64,000 nt of DNA from Alphaproteobacteria bacterium (GTDB taxonomy: Bacteria > Pseudomonadota > Alphaproteobacteria > UBA8317): NCBI GenBank assembly GCA_038131935.1, contig JAYPQH010000018.1, positions 128,001-192,000 on the forward strand. Direction: 5' to 3'. A program made the translations under genes and the position numbers. The stretch's first letter is position 1. Each line of letters starts with the position of its first letter. The notes beneath the pieces are model-generated. The model was given only the letters and a program-made list of their open reading frames with translations. It was not told the DNA's origin and did no database searches. Below are positions 32,230 to 44,228 of this stretch, in pieces.

Positions 32230-34855
32230 ATGATGTTGGGTCTTGGCTCTGTAACAAAAAAACTCTTTGGCTCCGCCAATGATCGCAAATTAAAGGCCTA
32301 CAAACCCAAACTGCAGGCCATCAATGCCTTGGCAGAGGAAACCAGCCAGCTTTCCGATGAGGACTTAGCAGCGAAAACAACCATTTTACGTGAGAAATAC
32401 GCCCAAGGGGCAAGCCTAGATGACCTTCTGGTTGAAGCTTTTGCATTGGTTCGAGAAGCTGCATCGAGGGCTATTGAGCTTAGGCATTTCGATGTCCAGT
32501 TGATTGGCGGCATGGTCCTTCATGAAGGGCGGATCGCTGAAATGAAAACTGGCGAAGGCAAAACCTTGGTGGCCACTGCGGCGGCCTATTTAAACGCGTT
32601 ACCTGGAAACGGGGTCCATGTGGTCACCGTCAACGACTACCTCGCCCAACGCGACGCAGATTGGATGGGGCAGTCTACCACAAATTGGGGTTAACGGTTG
32701 GTTGTATAACAGGGTCGATGGAACCTCATGAACGGCGTAGCCAATATGCCTGCGACATCGTCTATGGCACCAACAATGAATTCGGCTTTGACTATCTTCG
32801 TGACAATTTATGCCAATCACAGGAACAAATGGTCCAGCGTGACCATGTCTTTGCGATTGTGGATGAGGTGGACTCAATCTTGATTGATGAGGCGCGCACG
32901 CCCTTGATTATTTCTGGGCCCACCCAGGATCAATCAGACATGTATCAAACCATAGATGCGCTGGTGCAAAAGGTTGAAAAAGAAGATTTCGAGCATGACG
33001 AGAAAATGCGTTCGTTAACCTTGACCGAGCAGGGCAATGATCATGTGGAAGCCTTATTGGTGGAAGCAGGCTTGATCGAGGAAGGTACGTTCTACAACCC
33101 GGAAAACGCCTCACTTGTGCATCATGTCAATCAAGCCCTGAAAGCCCATCATATGTTCCGCAAAGATGTGGATTATATGGTGCGTGGGGGCAAGGTGATG
33201 ATCATCGATGAATTCACCGGCCGTGTGATGGATGGACGACGTTATTCTGAGGGTTTACATCAAGCGCTGGAAGCAAAAGAGCATGTAGATATCCAACCAG
33301 AAAACCAAACACTGGCCTCTATTACATTTCAGAATTACTTCCGTCTTTATGAAAAGCTCTCGGGGATGACAGGTACAGCCGCCACGGAAGCAGAGGAATT
33401 TGGGGCCACTTATGGACTTGATGTTGTGGAAATCCCCACCCATCAACCCATTGCCCGGCGTGATGAAGATGATGAAATCTACCGCACCTCCAAGGAGCGG
33501 TACGACGCCATTGTCGCTGAAATCACAGACGCCCAAAAACGTGGCCAACCCGTTTTGGTGGGCACCACATCCATCGAAAAATCCGAACTTCTGTCCCAAG
33601 CCCTCAAAGCAACCGGCATTGATCATCAGGTATTGAACGCGCGCTACCATGAGCAAGAAGCGTTCATCATTGGTCAAGCTGGCAAACCCGGTGCGGTCAC
33701 AATTGCCACCAACATGGCTGGTCGTGGTACCGACATCAAACTGGGTGGATCCTTAGAAATGACCTTGGCTCAGGATCATGTCCAACAAAGCGAACAAGGC
33801 CCCGATGAGGATGAGGTTGCCCGGATCGCGGAGGAGATAGAGCAACGCAAAGCCCAAGCCCTTCAAGCAGGGGGTCTTTATATCATAGGGACGGAGCGGC
33901 ATGAATCCCGGCGTATTGATAACCAGTTGCGCGGCCGTGCTGGCCGCCAAGGAGATCCCGGGCGATCAAAATTCTTCCTCTCTTTAGAAGATGACTTGAT
34001 GCGCATTTTTGGCACCGACAGGTTGGATTCCATGTTGGGCAAATTGGGCCTTAAGGAAGGGGAAGCCATCTCCCACCCTTGGGTTAACAAGGCCATTGAA
34101 AAAGCCCAAGGCAAGGTGGAAGCCCGTAACTATGACGCCCGAAAGCATATTCTCAAATATGATGATGTGGTGAATGATCAACGTAAGGTCGTGTTTGAGC
34201 AACGCAAAGCCATTTTGACCGACAAAGATCTCCATGACCTCATCCAAGACATGCGCATCACCGTTATTGAAGACCTGGTACAACACCATATTCCGCAAGA
34301 CGCCCTACCCGAACAATGGAATGTTGAAGGGCTCGAGCGCGAAGCTGCCGCCATTTTGGGCGTCGAACTACCAATCCAAGATTGGGCCGAAGAAGAAGGT
34401 GTCGATGAAGAAATCTTGACCGATCGGATCAAAGAGGCTGCTGCAAGGCGCCATGCTGAGCGCAAAATACGATTTGGTGATGAACTTATGGAACAAGTTG
34501 AACGCGCCGTGATGTTGCAGGTCCTTGACCATCATTGGCGCGATCATCTTCAAACCCTAGACCACCTTTCCAAAGTGGTAGGGTTGCGTGGCTATGCGCA
34601 ACGGGATCCCCTCAATGAATACAAATCAGAGGCATTCAGCTTGTTTGATGGTCTTTTGACCAAATTGCGGGTCGATACCATCCGCCAACTTATGAATATT
34701 GAGCTGGTCCCCAACAATCCAGATGATGATGAGCAAGAGGAACAAACAAGCCCCATGCCATCCACAAAAGACCCCTTCTCCGGTGTTGGACGCAACCAAC
34801 CTTGTCCTTGCGGGTCTGGCAAAAATACAAACATTGCCACGGCGCGGTCCGTTAA
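32230..34855 (+). CDS. secA: Preprotein translocase SecA (1-nt deletions at ~32667 G-run and ~34821 A-run)
   Basis: [44 protein letters not shown]; [12 protein letters not shown][K]YKHCHG restored by one extra A. Confidence 0.97.
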
Positions 34856-34876
34856 AAAACACCTTAAGAATTCATT

Positions 34877-34904
34877 AAAAAAGCCAGGCATTGCCTGGCT
34901 TTTT
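34877..34904 (+). terminator. Bidirectional intrinsic terminator
   Basis: AAAAAAGCCAGGCA-T-TGCCTGGCTTTTT between convergent genes. Confidence 0.85.
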
Positions 34905-34967
34905 CTGATTTCTCACATGACAACTCATGGGCATAACGCCATCAGCCGAATCTTAACGATCCCAGCC

Positions 34968-37284
34968 TCAACCGGCCTGGATCACAGCCCACAGAGCTGA
35001 TGGGGTCAAAGGCATTTGTAAAGAGGCTGTTTTATGACCCAAACCTTGACGCGCGAGCGCATCGGCCACAGCATTAACCACAGCTGGGGTCGCCCCAATG
35101 GTTCCCAATTCACCAACGCCCTTCACACCCAGAATATTGTTGGTGGAAGGAATGGTTTCGTCACAACGTGTGGTAAACAATTGTGTTGCCACATCTGCAC
35201 GTGGTGCTGTGTAGTCCATCAAACTACCAGAAAGCAGCTGACCTGTATCTGGGTCATAGACCACCGCTTCTTGAAGCGCCTGTCCTATGCCTTGTACCGC
35301 GCCACCTTCTAACTGTCCGACCACGATGGGATGGTTTACGACACGCCCAATATCATTCACCGATGCATAAGCTGCTACATGGGTTATGCCTGTTGCTGGG
35401 TCGATTTCCACTTCACAAATATGGCAACCATTCGGCCATGTTGGGCCTTTCGCTGTGGTGGAGCTGGCCACCTCGATTTTCCCATCAGGTTGCTTACCTG
35501 CTAAGTCCGAAAGACTGCGGCTCATATCTGTCCCAGGTACTGAGAAGGACCCTTTTGATAGGTAAGATCAAGGCATCAACCTCAAGCTCATCTGCAGCCA
35601 GGTGACGTGCTTTATCAAGAGCTTCTGTGGCACCAACCTGAACCGCAGCACCACCTGTGAACAACGAACGAGAGCCTGCGGAGCCAAAACCATTGGCTTG
35701 ATCTGTATCCCCGATGACCATGCGAATGGAAGACGCAGGAACATCAAACACATCGACCATCAGCTGGGTCAAGGATGTGGTAATCCCTTGGCCCATTTGG
35801 TTCACCGCAGAGGCGACCTCAATCGTACCATCTGCCAGGATGCTTACCCGAACATTCTCTTCCAATGCATTACCACCGGTCCATTCCAAGAATGTTGCGA
35901 TCCCCAGACCACGCCATTTTCCATGCGCACGGGAAGCTTCTTCCCGTTGAGCGAACCCGTCCCAATCAGCAAAAGACAAACCTTGGTCCATAATGCTTTC
36001 AAAATGTCCCACATCATAGGTTTGACCCATGGGGTTGGTGTAAGGCATCTGGTCAGGTTTGATAAAGTTCACCCGACGCAAAGCGGTTCGATCCATACCC
36101 ATTTGACGGGCGGCTTCATCCATCAAACGCTCGATATTATGGATTGCCTCTGGTCGACCGGCACCACGGTATGGGCCTGTTGTGGCGGTGTTGGTCGCCA
36201 CAGCTGTGTAGGTAAAATCAATCAAACCAATGTCATAGACAGAAGTTTGCACCCATGGACCGATCAGCCCTTGGATGGCGACCCCTGACATGGTGGGACA
36301 TGCCCCAACGTTGGCGTAGGTATTGACCTTCAGCGCAAGCAAACGACCGCTTGCATCAAAAGCACCAGTGATATCACATTCAATATCTCGACCATGAATG
36401 GATGAAAGGAAGTCTTCACTTCGGCTTGAGGCCCATTTGACAGGGGTTCCCAAGCGATGGGCTGCGTAAGCCACCGCAATATCTTCAGGATAAGGCCCTG
36501 TTTTCATGCCAAAGCCACCGCCTACATCACCGATGCGTACCCGCACCTGCTCGGTCTGAAGCCCAAGCAAGGCACAAACATTGGCGCGGATGCCCGTTGG
36601 CATCTGGGAAGACAAACGAATTTCGAGACGCTCATCCAACATCTGGGCCAACACAACCCGAGGCTCCAACGAAAGAGCAACCAAGCGCTGGTTGTCGATA
36701 TGTAATGAGACCACATGGTCAGCTTGGGCGATCACATCGGCAGCCTTGTCCGCATCACCATAACGCATTTGCGCCACGATATTATCAGGCGCATCACTCA
36801 ACACAGCGGCATCTGCAGCAAGGGCCGCAGAAATGGTTGTTGCATGCGGGAGTGGTTCATAGTCAACCACCACAAGTTCAGCTGCTTCACGCGCAATATC
36901 AAGGCTGTCAGCCACCACAAGCGCCACAGGTTCTCCAACAAAGCGCACGCGACCTTGGGCCAAGACATGTCGCGGCGCTGCCGCCAAATCACTGCCGTCA
37001 GGGCGCTTAAAATTTGCAGGGCCAGGTAGTGGGGGAATTCCTTGTTGCGCCAAATCTTCACCTGTTACGACCAAACGCACCCCATCCAGCTGACGGGCGG
37101 CGTCAACATCAACATGGGTAATACGCGCATGGGCTTCACTTGAGCGCACAAACACAAGGTGACCACAGTTCTGCGGTAAAAAGTCATCGGAGAATTGTCC
37201 TTTGCCTTTGAGCAAAGCTTCATCCTCAAGCCGATGTACAGCGGTTCCACTCCCAAATCTGGTTTCGAGATTATGTTCCATCAC
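34968..37284 (-). CDS. Xanthine dehydrogenase/CoxL-like molybdopterin-binding subunit (indels at ~35545-35575)
   Basis: [64 protein letters not shown]. Confidence 0.9.
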
Positions 37285-37510
37285 CTGACTCCTCAGTCAC
37301 AAAAAAATGCCAGTCTTTAAATATCTGACCCAAAACATGTCTGATCACCCAATGCCATGAGCCTAGGCTCTCTGACGTTGGGTTAAAACGATGATGCTGA
37401 TGTAGCACCAAATATCTGCTCCGCACAGGGTGCCACAATGACGCGATGAAGAAAACCTCCCTCTTCACCTAACCCCTCTCCTTTTTGCCTGAAATCCTCA
37501 AAAACACCCA

Positions 37511-37993
37511 CTAAGATTGTGGCGCAGACCGCATCAAGCTTTTGCTTAGAAGGACCAAAATACCTAATGAAATCAAAAAGTTTGCGCCTGCAAGTGACAG
37601 CCCAGCAAAGACCAATGCGGGCTCATCACAGCGCGGCGGTGCTTTCAAGTTCAATTGGTCTTGCATCTGCCCCAAACTCATCGGCAAGCTCAAATCTGCC
37701 TGGCAAGGCAAATCCAAATACCACCAACCATATTCAAAGCCTGCATGGGCTCCTGCCAACAACATGGACGCCAAGACCCCACCCCATAATAGCCCCAACC
37801 CCAAGCGATGGGGCACAGAGGTCCGCATCAGAATGAGTGATGCAACACATAAGATCATATGGATGCTGCGTTCTTTTAAACATAAATAGCATGGGGAGAG
37901 CCCCATTATATGCTCCAAAAACAAACTCAGTGTTACAAGAGACCCTGTGACCCAAAACACGATGGTCATGGCATGATCATTCAGTTTATCCAT
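37511..37993 (-). CDS. dsbB: Disulfide bond formation protein B family
   Basis: PCYLCLKER, HAGFEYGWW..PC, RCDE, GLSLAGAN; TM helices. Confidence 0.85.
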   Translation of the reverse strand: MDKLNDHAMTIVFWVTGSLVTLSLFLEHIMGLSPCYLCLKERSIHMILCVASLILMRTSVPHRLGLGLLWGGVLASMLLAGAHAGFEYGWWYLDLPCQADLSLPMSLGQMQDQLNLKAPPRCDEPALVFAGLSLAGANFLISLGILVLLSKSLMRSAPQS

Positions 37994-38007
37994 GTGCCAG
38001 GTAACCT

Positions 38008-38606
38008 TTACCGATGTGCCCCAGGAACCCAAAGGACGTCAGCAAGCCCCCATCGTTACCAACACTTGCCAGCACAAAGCACAAATCAGACAGACGGTTA
38101 AGGTATTTCAAGGCTGCCTCATTGATCGCCTCTTGCGCGGCGAGATGAACCACATCTCGTTCTGCGCGACGTACCACCGTTCGTGCTTGATGCATATGTG
38201 CGGAAAACGCTGTACCTGCTGGCAAGATAAACGAACGCAATGGCTCAAGTTGTGTGGTAAATGCGTCGATATGTTCCTCCAACCAGTTCACCTGGGCATC
38301 CACAACGCGCAGAGGTTCATATTCATATTTGTCCTTTAGGGGCGTTGCCAAATCAGCCCCAACGTCAAACAAATCATTTTGGATGCGCGACAGCAAATCA
38401 TCCAAACTGAGTGTTGGATCGTGGCGAAGCTTGGCAGACCCTACATGCAAACGCGCCACGCCAATCACTGCGTTCGCCTCATCTACTGTTCCATAAGCCG
38501 CCACACGCGGGGATGACTTTCCCACCCGGCTTCCATCAGAAAGACCCGTTTCCCCAGTATCGCCTGTACGTGTGTAAATTTTGTTCAGAACCACCATAAC
38601 CAACAT
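38008..38606 (-). CDS. PduO-type cob(I)alamin adenosyltransferase (1-nt deletion in G-run near 38047; restored end ...DVLWVPGAHR*)
   Basis: KIYTRTGDTGETGL, AYGTVDEAN, IQNDLFDVGADLATP, FILP, RRAER, YLNRLSD. Confidence 0.92.
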
Positions 38607-38735
38607 TCTCCTTTATTGCTTGTTGAGGTAGGTCTTCGCCTGCTTAAGAGCAAGAAAAAAATCTCCCCAAGCAGTCTTGCCTTTATGCGCTTGCAAGACC
38701 ATGCTGTGGCACATCATCAGATGGAGGGGAATGAC

Positions 38736-40493
38736 ATGAACAACCATGTTGACGAACTGCAACTGCGTAAAAAAAGCGCTGAGGATTGGCTGACCAACTT
38801 CAATCAGCGGCTTGCGGCAGCTGACCATCCAGGAATGATGTCCTTATGTGCCCAGACATGTCACTGGCGGGATATCGTGGCCTTTGGTTGGGATATTCAA
38901 ACCACACAAGGTGCATCTGAGCTGGCCTCAAAACTCTTAGAATGCACAACCGAACGCGCTTGCACAGGTTTTTTCCTTGATGAACAACGAACCCCACCAC
39001 GTTGGGTGACCCGTGCGGGGGTTCACGCTTGTGAAATCATTATCAAGTTTTCTCATAAATATGGCCATGGCGATGGCGTCTTGAGGCTGATTGACGAAGA
39101 CAACCAACTTAAACTCTGGACACTCAACACCAACCTGCAAATGCTGGAAGGTTATCAAAGGACCCAAGCAGACAGGCGATTTGGTGGTGATGCCTATGAC
39201 CGCGAATTCGGTGGCAGAAATTGGCTTGATGCGCGCATCGATGCGCAAGCTTATGAAGATCGCGAACCAACCGTGTTGGTGGTCGGAGGGGGCCAAGCAG
39301 GTGTCTCCATCGCCGCACGTTTAACCCATATGGGTTTGGATACGTTATTGATCGACAAAAATGACCGAATTGGGGACAATTGGAGAAACCGCTATCATTC
39401 CCTCACCTTGCATAATGAGGTGTTTGTAAACCACCTTCCTTTTCTTCGCTTCCCTGAAACCTGGCCTGTTTATATCCCCAAAGACATGCTGGCAGCCTGG
39501 CTTGAGCAATATGTGGACACATTGGAAATCAATTGTTGGACGCGTTCATCCTTAGAGCAAGGCCGGTACGACGAAGACGCGCAACGTTGGGACGTGACAT
39601 TGTTGCGCGAAGGAAAGACAAGAAAGATCAAACCAAAGCATATTGTTCTGGCCACAGGGGTCAGCGCCATTCCGGTCATGCCCGACATAGCGGGGTTAAA
39701 GGATTATCAAGGCACATTGATACATTCAGGCCAGTATGATGAGGGCAAAGACTGGAAAGACAAACCCGTGTTGGTCGTAGGCACAGGAAACTCAGGCCAT
39801 GATGTGGCCCAAGATCTCTATGCTGCCGGCGCCAAGGTCTCCATCATGCAACGTAGCCCCACTCATATTGTAAGCTTACGTGAAGCACAAAGGGTCTATG
39901 CCTTGTACCAAGAGGGACCACCTCTTGAGGATTGCGACCTCTTGGCCACATCTTTTCCCTATCCGGTCTTACGGCGGGGTTATGAACTCGCCACGCAAAT
40001 GTCAAAACACGAAGACCATGACTTGCTCGAACGCTTATCAAAGCGAGGCTTCCGTTTGAGTGATGGGGTGGACAATTGTGGGTTTCAGATGAGCTATCTC
40101 CAACGCGGAGGCGGCTATTATTTTAACGTTGGCTGCTCCGACTTGATTGCTGATGGGGATATCTCCTTGTTGGCCTATCAAGATTTGGAAAGCTTCAACC
40201 CCAACGGTTTGACCTTGAAGGATGGTACAACCCAAGATTTTGAATTGGTGGTCATGGCCACGGGTTATAAAAATCTGTCCGGCACAACACGTGCTCTACT
40301 TGGCGATGAAGTCGCAGACCGTGTTGGTCAAGTTTGGGGTTTTGATGAGGGTGGAGAATTGGCCAATATGTGGCGTCCCACGCCACAACCAGGGCTTTGG
40401 TACACCGCAGGATCCCTTGCGCAATGCCGTATTTTCTCACATTATTTGGCGTTGCAAATCAAAGCGAAAGAAGAAGGACTTACCTCATCATAA
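38736..40493 (+). CDS. Flavin-containing monooxygenase with N-terminal extension (type II FMO-like)
   Basis: VGGGQAG, GDNWRNRY, ATG, YQGTLIHSGQY (FMO fingerprint variant), VGTGNSG, ATGY. Confidence 0.85.
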   Translation: MNNHVDELQLRKKSAEDWLTNFNQRLAAADHPGMMSLCAQTCHWRDIVAFGWDIQTTQGASELASKLLECTTERACTGFFLDEQRTPPRWVTRAGVHACEIIIKFSHKYGHGDGVLRLIDEDNQLKLWTLNTNLQMLEGYQRTQADRRFGGDAYDREFGGRNWLDARIDAQAYEDREPTVLVVGGGQAGVSIAARLTHMGLDTLLIDKNDRIGDNWRNRYHSLTLHNEVFVNHLPFLRFPETWPVYIPKDMLAAWLEQYVDTLEINCWTRSSLEQGRYDEDAQRWDVTLLREGKTRKIKPKHIVLATGVSAIPVMPDIAGLKDYQGTLIHSGQYDEGKDWKDKPVLVVGTGNSGHDVAQDLYAAGAKVSIMQRSPTHIVSLREAQRVYALYQEGPPLEDCDLLATSFPYPVLRRGYELATQMSKHEDHDLLERLSKRGFRLSDGVDNCGFQMSYLQRGGGYYFNVGCSDLIADGDISLLAYQDLESFNPNGLTLKDGTTQDFELVVMATGYKNLSGTTRALLGDEVADRVGQVWGFDEGGELANMWRPTPQPGLWYTAGSLAQCRIFSHYLALQIKAKEEGLTSS

Positions 40494-40529
40494 GCTAATG
40501 AGGTCCCTTTATAGGTCACGAAAAAAACG

Positions 40530-41489
40530 TTAGCCTTCTTGCAGCATAGCCCCCATGGCGGCAAATTTTTCCGCGCGGTGAGAAGGCGCATCCTCGAGCC
40601 CTGCAAGTTGGTCCAACCCCTCACACAAAGCCTCACCCACCGCTTTGATGGTATCATTTGGATTACGCTGTGCCCCCCCAACAGGCTCTGCCACAATGGC
40701 GTCAATCACACCCAATTGTTTGAGGTCATTGGCGGTGATTTTGAGTGCCTGTGCAGCTTCAGCTGCTCTGCCAGCATCACGCCACAAAATCGAAGCACAG
40801 CCTTCCGGCGAAATCACTGAGTAGACGGCGTGCTCTAACATGATGATATGATTGGCCGTGGCCAAAGCCACCGCGCCACCGGAGCCACCCTCTCCAATAA
40901 TCACAGAGATATTGGGGCTTTTGACCCGCAAACATGATGCGGTACATTGGGCGATGGCTTCTGCTTGCCCACGCTCTTCTGCATCAATCCCAGGATAGGG
41001 CCCTGGGGTGTCGACAAAGGTAATCACGGGTAACTTATGTCGGCTTGCCAACTCCATCAAACGCGCAGCTTTGCGGTAGCCTTCAGGCCGAGCCATTCCA
41101 AAATTGCGTCGAACCCGACCTTCCGTCGTGCGTCCTTTTTGATGCCCCATCACCATAACCCTATGGGCACCAAGCATGCCCATACCACCAACAAGCGCCT
41201 CATCTTCTCCAAATTTACGGTCACCAGCCAACTCAATAAACCCTGTGATAAGCTGGTCCACATAATCCAAAAATTGGGGGCGGTTGGGATGCCGTGCCAC
41301 CTGTGTTTTTTGCCAAGGGGTTAATTTGGCGTAGGTTGACGCAATAATTTGTTCGAGTTTTTTGTTCAGCACCTGCACTTCATCGCTGACATCAACCCCA
41401 TTCTCAGGTTCACTGACAAGCCTGCGAAGTGACTCTATACGGCCTTCCAATTCCGCAATGGGTTTTTCAAAATCAAGATAGGAAAGCAT
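40530..41489 (-). CDS. accA: Acetyl-CoA carboxylase carboxyltransferase alpha
   Basis: YLDFEKPI, ARHPNRP, GMARPEGYRKA, GEGGSGGA, YSVISPEGCASILW. Confidence 0.97.
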   Translation of the reverse strand: MLSYLDFEKPIAELEGRIESLRRLVSEPENGVDVSDEVQVLNKKLEQIIASTYAKLTPWQKTQVARHPNRPQFLDYVDQLITGFIELAGDRKFGEDEALVGGMGMLGAHRVMVMGHQKGRTTEGRVRRNFGMARPEGYRKAARLMELASRHKLPVITFVDTPGPYPGIDAEERGQAEAIAQCTASCLRVKSPNISVIIGEGGSGGAVALATANHIIMLEHAVYSVISPEGCASILWRDAGRAAEAAQALKITANDLKQLGVIDAIVAEPVGGAQRNPNDTIKAVGEALCEGLDQLAGLEDAPSHRAEKFAAMGAMLQEG

Positions 41490-41654
41490 GCTAGCCCCTC
41501 ACGTACAAACTAAAGATCGCCACCATCTCAGGGGCTTCATCATATGGTACAAATTGCTTCAGGCTTTGTAGGCAGGTTACACAAGCTTTGCAATCATCAC
41601 CTTGCAAGATCTCATCAACCAACCTTGCTGACAAGTCCTAAGCCCAGCTATAAG

Positions 41655-42576
41655 CTACCCAAGATTAAGCCCTGCCAGAGGATGGTGTTGCCGCACCAGA
41701 TCTATCAAATCATCACGGTCTAAATGGGTATAAATCTCTGTTGTGGCCATATGTGCATGCCCCAGCAATTCTTGGATGGTGCGCAAATCCGCACCATGTT
41801 GCAGCAAATGGGTCGCAAAGGCGTGACGCAAGCTATGTGGGGAAATCACCGAGGCGGTTAAACCTGCTTCTTCTGCCGTTTTGCGAATCAGTTGAAACAG
41901 CCTGACCCGGGTAAGATGACCTGAGCGCCCGCGGGAAGGAAACAAAAAATCTTGGCTATGTCTTCCTGCAACAAAAGAGCTGCCGACAATGCATGTAGCG
42001 GGCCAATGCATCTGCTGCATAAGGCCCCACTGGTAACAAACGTTCTTTTCGCCCTTTTCCAAGCACGCGCAAACTTGCATCCTGAACATCATAAGCACGC
42101 ACAGACAATTCCACGCATTCGCTGGCCCGCAAGCCGGTGGCATAAAGCAGTTCCAAAATCGCTGACAACCTTACACCACGCGGGCTGTCATCTTCCCTCG
42201 CAGCTGCAAACAACTTCTCCACAGCAGCTTCACTGAGGACTTTGGGCAACGCTCTTGGCGTTTTCATGCTGCGCAAACCTTCCATAGGGTTATCCATCCG
42301 ATAACCTTTGCGCTGTAAAAACCGAAAAAAGCCAGATAACGCTGCACGTTTTCTTTGGATGGTGGAGGGTGCCCATTCTTGATCACGAAGATCTGCAAGA
42401 AATGTGGTCAAGAGGCTCGATGTGCTGTCACACAAACTTTGGTTCAAGCCCGCACAAAATTGCGCAGCCTGAAGCAGGTCCCTCTGGTAGGCATCGATGG
42501 TATGCAAAGATTGAACAAGCGTTGAGGCACGGGCATCCAAAAATTCTTGGATATATTGGGTTCCGTCAGACGACAT
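41655..42576 (-). CDS. xerD: Tyrosine recombinase XerD (1-nt insertion near 41973)
   Basis: [57 protein letters not shown]; located upstream of accA. Confidence 0.9.
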
Positions 42577-43896
42577 TAGCGCAAACGGGCTGGTTCATCC
42601 CAACCCATTGCAAGAATATCACGCCTGTAATCAAGCGCCTCTTGCTCAAGCCCTGCTTCGTGTAAGACATCCATAACCCCACGATGGTTTCCATTGGCAA
42701 ACGCGCCCAACAGCCTGTCCAATTGCATCAAAATATACATGTCCGGGGTTAGTTTGCCCTGCAGCTGCAAAGCGCTTGGGTTCAACCCAAGACTTCTCTG
42801 TTCACCAGGGATATGCGCCTGGAGTGCTATGAAGCCTGGAGGTGGTACAAAAGGCCCATTTAAGATGATTGAAGAGCCTGATTGGGTGAGCCAACTTACA
42901 AATGCGGTATCGTCTGCACGGGTGGCCAAGCGCTCAATGAGGGTCTGTTCGCCCAAACCAAATAGGGCCAAATAAATATCCCGACGCAGTGAGGGTTGAA
43001 CCCGCTCAATTTCCAGCGATTCAAGATATTCTTTCATCAACAACACCACGGACCCAATAATCTTGAGGGATTTGGCACGATCAAATGCCGCCGCCACCAG
43101 GTCCTCACGCAGATCTTCGCGCGTGATCCGCTGAACCAGTGCCCCCAAAGGATGATCATCTGGCAAGGCTTTCAACACCTCAACCATGGCAGCATCATCA
43201 ATACGTCCACGTTCCAACAAAATCCGGTGGGCCTCGAAGGCCACCACAGGGTCGGGATGGTCTGCAAACAACTCTGCTGTCATCTCGCTTAACCGAACAC
43301 CCTCATCTGTTTTTGCCCCCATTAGCGACAGAGCCACATGATACATGTCACTTCCCCCCAACAAATCCACAGGGACATCATACAAAACCCCTTGTGCATG
43401 TTGGGTGAGCGGCTCATCACCCAAACCAGGATACAAACGCTGCACAGCCTCAAAACCCACCTGATCCTTTCTCACGGCGTGGCAGATCATTTGGGCGCGT
43501 GGGGACATCTTCAACCGAACGTCTGGGTCACCGCAATTGGCAGTGCCATTGAGCATAAATAACGGCGCATCTTTTACAGGTGGTTGGGTCAGGGAAAGAT
43601 CTGTTTGCGCCAATGCTGACCATAAATAGCGGCTGAACAACAAACGCTGTTTGGCTGCTATGGCAATATCTGCAGATACAAAACTATCGATCAGCACCTT
43701 TGTTGAGGACCCTTGATTGCGTGAGGCGAATCCGAGACATGGACTCCAGACGACGCACCAATTCAGCCCGCATGTTGATATCAGCTTGTGCTTCCACGAT
43801 GGATTGGGGAAGAATGGACACCGGTCCAGCTTGCTGTGTTTGCCCATCAGCACCCATCAGCATGGTGACCAAAAGAGCTGTCCAAAACCTACCCAT
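42576..43896 (-). CDS. Hypothetical exported protein (frameshift near 43700)
   Basis: Signal-peptide-like N-terminus MGRFWTALLVTMLMGA in the 43684-43923 frame, long helical body in the 42576-43853 frame; stop overlaps the xerD start. Confidence 0.6.
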
Positions 43897-43919
43897 TATC
43901 TTTGCCTGACCTTTCAACA

Positions 43920-44045
43920 TCATCGTGATCCAAGTGGTATGGTCATCTGATAAGGCTCTGGTACTGGCGGCTCTCCCATGACCAACAAGAACAAAGCTCC
44001 ACCCACCACAGCCAACAATAAGGTAGCCAACAGATACTTAAACAA
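43920..44045 (-). CDS. Small single-pass membrane protein (41 aa)
   Basis: TTG after AAGGGGA; MFKYLLATLLLAVVGGALFLLVMGEPPVPEPYQMTIPLGSR; below the ORF-track cutoff. Confidence 0.6.
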   Translation of the reverse strand: MFKYLLATLLLAVVGGALFLLVMGEPPVPEPYQMTIPLGSR

Positions 44046-44228
44046 CGAAATTCCCCTTGACTGACATGCCCTCGTATCGACATGCAAAACAAAACCAGAT
44101 CCTCTTATCTATCATAGGGTAGGCACGAAACAAAAGTACCGTTTTTGTTGGCCAATGCATGTCTGTTTTTGTGTAATGATTGCGTGAAGGATCTTGCGCA
44201 GAAGCCCACCCAATGCCACATAACAGCC

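Noticed and set aside
34864-34878. Perfect CtrA-like box TTAA-N7-TTAA
   Set aside because: Lies between convergent gene ends next to a terminator in an AT-rich patch; no promoter to control
41655-42576. Tyrosine recombinase as a phage or island integrase
   Set aside because: XerD motifs, size and core accA/aroK context; no mobile genes nearby
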